Shown: piece after piece, positions 59,080 to 64,000 of the stretch
Layout of the letters: each line of letters opens with the position of its first letter
How positions within the stretch are numbered: the first letter of the stretch is position 1
DNA from: Bacillota bacterium
GTDB lineage: Bacteria > Bacillota > Ch66 > Ch109
Direction of reading: 5' to 3'
NCBI GenBank assembly: GCA_013178275.1
Contig: JABLWZ010000002.1
Location: 162,416-226,415, forward strand
DNA: 64,000 nucleotides
The notes under the pieces: generated by a model
The model's database searches: none
Seen by the model: the letters and a program-made list of their open reading frames with translations, nothing else
What the model was told of the DNA's origin: nothing
Made by a program: the position numbers and the translations under genes

Positions 59080-60141
59080 ATGAGGAGACTAAGCACCAAA
59101 GCCGAGCCAACCGAAGCGATGCCATCTAAGAAGATAAGAGCCCTTGGCAAGTCGGAGACGGGTGTGCCCTGGTGGCAGACGACGAAGGACGCCGAGCCCC
59201 TTCAGGACCTGACCGACACCGACGTCACGCCCAGTTCGGAAAGAAGATACGGTAGGCCGGCACCGCCGCCCCCGCCACCTCCCCCGGCGCGTCCAGTCCC
59301 GGTCCCGGTTCCTCCGGCGCCTCCGGCGCCTCCGGCGAGACCAGTACCGCGGCCGATTAAGCCGGTGCCGCAGCCTCCGGTGCTGCCGCCCATGGAAGAG
59401 ATCATACCGCCGCCCAGGTCGAGGCCGGTGGTCCCGCCCGTGAGACGGCCGAGGGCGCCCCGGGAAGAAGAGATCATGCCGCCCCAGCCGGCGCCGGTTC
59501 CCTGCCCCCAGGTTCCTGAGGAGATGTCCCTTCTGCGGGAGTGCCTGATCCGGAAGACCAAGTCGATCGAGTTTTACCTGGAGCTGGCGGAAGACATGAA
59601 GTGCAGCCTGAGTGAATTCTTCCTCTGCAAGGCCAAGGACGAGGTAGTGCACTTCAAGCTGCTGCTGGGGATGCTGGGGCACCTCGACCCCGACCAGGCC
59701 GACGAACTGGAAAGCTCCGACCTGCAGGACTGCATGGTCATGGCGATGGACTTCTGCTGTCACCGTTCTCAGGAGATGTGGGGTGAGGAGCGCGCTCCGG
59801 AGCACCGTGGCTGGGAAGAAATGGACGACTGCGACGACGACGATGACGACGATGATGACGACGATGCTCCCGAAAATCGGCGGATGGCCATGAACCGGCC
59901 GTATCGGCGCTACATGCCCTACTACTTCTATCACAAGCCGTTTGAACCCGTTCCCAGCTATCGGGAAGACCTGGCGCGGGCGGTCAGGATGGAGGCCGAC
60001 ATGATAAGCTTCTACGAGGATGCGGTCTGCCAGGTCGACCACTGCGACATCCGCAACCTCCTGGCCTGCATCATCATGCACGAGAAGAAGGACCTGGCCC
60101 AGTTCAGCCAGCAGCTGATGAAGACCTTTCCCGATTCCTAA
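59080..60141 (+). CDS. Proline-rich protein with ferritin/rubrerythrin-like helical segments (possible spore coat protein)
   Basis: RBS GGAGG; poly-Pro N-region; SIEFYLELAE..KDEVVHF; poly-Asp linker; MEADMISFYE..IIMHEKKD. Confidence 0.65.
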   Translation: MRRLSTKAEPTEAMPSKKIRALGKSETGVPWWQTTKDAEPLQDLTDTDVTPSSERRYGRPAPPPPPPPPARPVPVPVPPAPPAPPARPVPRPIKPVPQPPVLPPMEEIIPPPRSRPVVPPVRRPRAPREEEIMPPQPAPVPCPQVPEEMSLLRECLIRKTKSIEFYLELAEDMKCSLSEFFLCKAKDEVVHFKLLLGMLGHLDPDQADELESSDLQDCMVMAMDFCCHRSQEMWGEERAPEHRGWEEMDDCDDDDDDDDDDDAPENRRMAMNRPYRRYMPYYFYHKPFEPVPSYREDLARAVRMEADMISFYEDAVCQVDHCDIRNLLACIIMHEKKDLAQFSQQLMKTFPDS

Positions 60142-60164
60142 AATCGAATCCCACCCCTATTAAT

Positions 60165-60203
60165 CGCCACCCGGTTAAAGACCGAGGTGGCTTTTGTTTT
60201 TTT
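60165..60203 (+). terminator. Intrinsic terminator
   Basis: GCCACC.CGGT..ACCG.GGTGGC followed by a T-run. Confidence 0.65.
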
Positions 60204-60312
60204 CCTTAATTTATAAATAAAACAAGATAGTAGTATTAATGACCCTGCCTCTCATCTAAGCTATAATGATAGAAGCGGTCATGGCGCACCCCGGCGCCAG
60301 GATGGAGGAACC

Positions 60313-61437
60313 ATGAGAAGCCTGGAATCGTCGCCCCTGAGAAGACTTCTGCTGCTGGCCCTGGTGCTGGCGGCGCTGACAGCGGGTATCTGGTATCACC
60401 TGAGGCCGGGCCCGGTCCTGGAGGCTGATCGGCCGGCCGTGGTGCATGAGCAGCCCGGTCGGGACGTCAGGCTCAACGCGGTGGGCGATATCATGCTGGG
60501 CCGCCACGTGGGCACCCTGATATCCAGGAATGGGGTCGCTTACCCGTTCGGGAAGCTGGCCGGCCCGATGGCGGACGCCGACTTCACCTTCGCCAACCTG
60601 GAAAGCCCGCTGTCACAGAGGGGGACGCCGCTGGAGGGGAAACCGGTGGAAGTGGTCTTCCGCGCCGACCCGGGGGCGATAGACTGCCTGCCCATGGCGG
60701 GGATCGATATCGTGAGCCTGGCCAACAACCATACCGTCGACTACGATTCACCCGCCCTGCTGGACACTATCGAGTTCTTAAAACAGGTCGGGATACGATC
60801 GGTGGGAGCGGGTATAGATATCCAGCAGGCCCGGCAGCCGGTGGTGCTGGAGAAGGACGGCCTGAAACTAGCCTTCCTGGCCTACACCGACCTGGCGGAC
60901 ATCTACTTCAGCGACCGGGACCGCCGGGCCCCCCGCGCGACCGCCAAGCGGCCGGGGGTGGCTCCCCTGGATGAGAAGATGATGCTGGAAGACGTGGCCC
61001 GGGCCCGCACCCTGGCCGATCGGGTGGTGGTCTCCCTGCACTGGGGGACCGAGTACCAGGGTATGCCTTCCAGCGGGCAGCAGGTCCTGGCGCACCGGCT
61101 GGTCGACGCGGGAGCGGACCTGATCATCGGCCATCACCCTCACTGGTTCCAGGGGGTGGAGGTTTACAAGGGCCGGGTTATAGCCTACAGCCTGGGCAAC
61201 TTCGTCATGGACCAGAACTGGTCCAACGAGACGCGTGAGGGGCTGTTTCTTCAGGTGGATTTCATGCGGGACGGTACCCTGAAGGCCAGGGTCAGGCCCG
61301 TGTTTATAAACAATTCACAGCCGCAGTGGGTGGAGGGGGAACACCAGCAGCGACTCCTGAACCGGGTGGTCGCGTTCTCCTCGCGTTTAAACACCCGGGC
61401 GGCAGTGGATAAGGAGTGGGTCGAGTATGGCAGATAA
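60313..61437 (+). CDS. CapA-family metallophosphatase-fold protein
   Basis: VGDIMLGR, ANLESPL, SLANNH..DY, SLHWGTE, IGHHPH, YSLGNF. Confidence 0.9.
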   Translation: MRSLESSPLRRLLLLALVLAALTAGIWYHLRPGPVLEADRPAVVHEQPGRDVRLNAVGDIMLGRHVGTLISRNGVAYPFGKLAGPMADADFTFANLESPLSQRGTPLEGKPVEVVFRADPGAIDCLPMAGIDIVSLANNHTVDYDSPALLDTIEFLKQVGIRSVGAGIDIQQARQPVVLEKDGLKLAFLAYTDLADIYFSDRDRRAPRATAKRPGVAPLDEKMMLEDVARARTLADRVVVSLHWGTEYQGMPSSGQQVLAHRLVDAGADLIIGHHPHWFQGVEVYKGRVIAYSLGNFVMDQNWSNETREGLFLQVDFMRDGTLKARVRPVFINNSQPQWVEGEHQQRLLNRVVAFSSRLNTRAAVDKEWVEYGR

Positions 61438-64000
61438 GTTCATGGTACTGGACGGCAACAGCCTGGTGCACCGGGCCTTTCACGCGATCAACCCCCTGAC
61501 CACCAGCCAGGGGGTGTCGACCAACGCGGTCTACGGCTTCACCAACATGCTGCTGAAGCTGATAGCGGAGGAGCAGCCCGACTACCTGGCGGTGGCCTTC
61601 GACAAGGCGCGGGTCACCTTCCGCCACGAGAAGTACGGCGAGTACAAGGCGCGCCGGGCCGCCACCCCCGAGGACCTGAGGCCGCAGTTCCCGCTGGTGA
61701 AGCGGGTCCTGGCGGCCATGCGGATTCCCGTCTTCGAGGCCGACGGCTACGAGGCCGACGACCTAATCGGTACCCTGGCCAAGCGGGCAGAGGAGGAAGG
61801 GCTTAAGACCACCGTCGTCACCGGCGACCGCGACACCCTGCAGCTGGTCAGCCCCACGGTCCAGGTCAAGCTGACCAAGCGGGGGATCAGCGAGATGGAG
61901 GACTACGATCCCGAAAAGCTCGCCGCCCGTTACGGCGGCCTGAAACCGGAGCAGATGATAGAGCTGAAGGCCCTGGTCGGGGACGCCTCCGACAACATCC
62001 CCGGGGTGCCCTCAGTCGGGGAAAAGACGGGAATCAAGCTGATCCAGGAGTTCCATACCGTGGACGAGCTGCTGCGGCGGGTGGACGAGGTCAAGCCCGA
62101 GCGGATGCGCGGCCTGATCCTGGAGCACCAGGAACGCCTGAAGATGAACAAGTGGCTGGTCACCCTGGTCCTGGATGTCCCGGTCTCCGCCAACTGGGAG
62201 GAGATACGCCTCACCGAACCCGACTACCCCCGGCTGATCGAGGTCTTCCGGGAGCTGGAGTTCCGCAGCCTGATCCAGAAGATGGCGGAGCGGATGAACC
62301 AGGCCGCTCCCGAGGGGACACCCACTCAGACGGAGATCGCGGGGGAGGAGCAGCGCGCCGGCCGGCTGCTGGCGCGGAAGGAAGAGCTGCAGGAATTCCT
62401 GGCCCCGGTAGCCGAATCCGCTGAGGAGTTATCGGTCTTCATCACGGCCAACCCCAAGGAACTGTATCAGCCGGGGCTGGGTATCGGGTTCTGCCGGAAA
62501 GACGGGGAGACCGCCGCTCTCTACCTGACCCCGGGGATGGAGGTCGACCCCTGGCTGAAGAACGTGCTGGAAGGCGGGAAGCCGGCCAAGGTCATATACG
62601 ATGCCAAGGCGGCGCTGCTGCAGCTTAGAGGCTGGGGGGTGGAGCTTGACGGCGTGGCCGGGGATGTCCTGCTCGAAGCCTACCTGGACAACCCAGGTTA
62701 CCCCAAGATGGGGCTCGACGACCTTTCCCACCAGCTCCTGAACCGCCTGATAGTACCCACCGAGGACCGCACTTGGGCGCTCTGCCGCCGGGCCGAGGCG
62801 GTCAGCGAACTGCACCGTTTCCTGGTCCCCCGCCTGAAAGAGGGGGGGCTGGAGGAGCTTTACTACCGGGTGGAGCTCCCCCTGGTGAGGGTCCTGGCGG
62901 AGATGGAGCACCGCGGGGTGGCTCTCGACGCCGAGCAGCTGGAGCAGATATCCCACGAGCTGGGAGAAAAGATAGAGGAACTGGTGATGCGGATACACTT
63001 CATGGCGGGAGAGGAGTTCAACATCAACTCCACCAAACAGCTCGGGCACATCCTGTTCGAAAAGCTGAAGCTCCCAGCGGTCAAGAAGACCAAGACCGGC
63101 TTTTCCACCGATGCCGAGGTCCTGGAGGAGCTGGGCTGGCAGCACGAGATAGTGGCCGAGATACTCGAATACCGGCAGCTGGTGAAGCTGAAGTCCACTT
63201 ACGTAGACGGCATGAGGTCGCTGGTCAGCCCGGCCGACGGCCGGCTGCACACCACCTTCAACCAGGCCGTAACCGCCACCGGGCGGCTGAGCAGCACCGA
63301 GCCGAATCTGCAGAACATCCCCATCCGGCTGGAGGCGGGACGCCGGCTGCGCAAGTTCTTCGTCCCCTCGCAGCCTGGCTGGCTGATAGTGTCGGCTGAC
63401 TACTCGCAGATCGACCTCAGGGCGCTGGCGCACATCTCGGGCGACGAGGAGCTGGTCCGGGCCTTCCACGAGGGGAGGGACATCCACACCCACACCGCCT
63501 CCGAGGTCTACGGGGTCCCCGAGGCGGGGGTCACTTCGGAGATGCGCCGGGCCGCCAAGGCGGTGAACTTCGGGATAGTCTACGGCATCTCCGACTACGG
63601 GCTGAGCCGCAACCTGGGGATAAGCCGCGCCGAAGCCAAGCGCTTTATTGACCGCTACCTGATGACCTATCCGGGGGTTCGCCGCTTCATGGAGGATATC
63701 GTCCGGCAGGCCCGGGACCAGGGATACGTCACCACCTTGTTGAACCGCCGCCGCTACCTGCCCGAGCTGTTCAGCAGCAACCGGACCGTGCGGGGGTTCG
63801 GGGAGAGGGCGGCGCTGAACACCCCCATCCAGGGGACCGCCTCCGACATCATCAAGGTGGCCATGCTGAAGGTCGAGGAGATGATCGAGCGGCAGGGGTT
63901 CAAGGCCCGCATGCTGCTGCAAGTTCACGACGAGCTGATCTTCGAGGCCCCTCCCGAGGAGCTGGCGGGACTGGCGGCAGGAGTGCGGGAGGCCATGGAG
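61427..64000 (+). CDS. polA: DNA polymerase I (runs off the right edge; absent from the ORF track)
   Basis: MADKFMVLDGNSLVHRAFHA, YEADDLIGT, GDASDNIPGV, TGRLSSTEPNLQNIP, ADYSQID, AKAVNFGIVYG, LLQVHDEL. Confidence 0.97.
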   Translation, partial: MADKFMVLDGNSLVHRAFHAINPLTTSQGVSTNAVYGFTNMLLKLIAEEQPDYLAVAFDKARVTFRHEKYGEYKARRAATPEDLRPQFPLVKRVLAAMRIPVFEADGYEADDLIGTLAKRAEEEGLKTTVVTGDRDTLQLVSPTVQVKLTKRGISEMEDYDPEKLAARYGGLKPEQMIELKALVGDASDNIPGVPSVGEKTGIKLIQEFHTVDELLRRVDEVKPERMRGLILEHQERLKMNKWLVTLVLDVPVSANWEEIRLTEPDYPRLIEVFRELEFRSLIQKMAERMNQAAPEGTPTQTEIAGEEQRAGRLLARKEELQEFLAPVAESAEELSVFITANPKELYQPGLGIGFCRKDGETAALYLTPGMEVDPWLKNVLEGGKPAKVIYDAKAALLQLRGWGVELDGVAGDVLLEAYLDNPGYPKMGLDDLSHQLLNRLIVPTEDRTWALCRRAEAVSELHRFLVPRLKEGGLEELYYRVELPLVRVLAEMEHRGVALDAEQLEQISHELGEKIEELVMRIHFMAGEEFNINSTKQLGHILFEKLKLPAVKKTKTGFSTDAEVLEELGWQHEIVAEILEYRQLVKLKSTYVDGMRSLVSPADGRLHTTFNQAVTATGRLSSTEPNLQNIPIRLEAGRRLRKFFVPSQPGWLIVSADYSQIDLRALAHISGDEELVRAFHEGRDIHTHTASEVYGVPEAGVTSEMRRAAKAVNFGIVYGISDYGLSRNLGISRAEAKRFIDRYLMTYPGVRRFMEDIVRQARDQGYVTTLLNRRRYLPELFSSNRTVRGFGERAALNTPIQGTASDIIKVAMLKVEEMIERQGFKARMLLQVHDELIFEAPPEELAGLAAGVREAME

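Noticed and set aside
59089-60081. 330-aa minus-strand ORF
   Set aside because: Shadow of the Pro-rich gene, which has the RBS, promoter-like motif and terminator.
62429-63928. 499-aa minus-strand ORF
   Set aside because: Antisense shadow of GC-rich polA, whose motifs are on the plus strand.

Overview
The window comes from a spore-forming Bacillota (clostridial-type) genome. About 58.8 kb of it is a lower-GC mosaic genomic island or defective ICE. Its right end is a tyrosine integrase next to a tRNA-Leu(CAA) locus; its left end lies outside the window. GC-rich host genes resume at about 58.9 kb: a Pro-rich ferritin-like protein, a CapA-family gene and polA. Island cargo, left to right: (1) a decayed Tn3-like region with a tyrosine resolvase, three co-oriented Tn3-type terminal repeats, two DUF3231/membrane-protein pairs, a gerKA/KB/KC-type operon and a CIRCE-preceded GH130/GDP-mannose/GT4 operon; (2) IS21, ISNCY and ISL3 remnants; (3) a multi-PAS kinase/HDOD/HD-GYP signalling operon behind a c-di-GMP-I riboswitch; (4) a partial conjugation module (PrgI, VirB4, M23 hydrolase); (5) a ~19 kb membrane-lipid cluster (TetRs, phasin-like, UbiB kinase, YidC, lipase, RND pump, DegV, pgsA, gpsA) built around a radical SAM enzyme and a divergent paralog lacking the cysteine motif; (6) a two-subunit sigma-like/xis/int module. 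The most promising leads are the radical SAM enzyme/pseudoenzyme lipid system, the heat-shock-type mannoside operon and the attP-like tRNA arrangement. All calls come from motif recognition by eye; no database searches were run.
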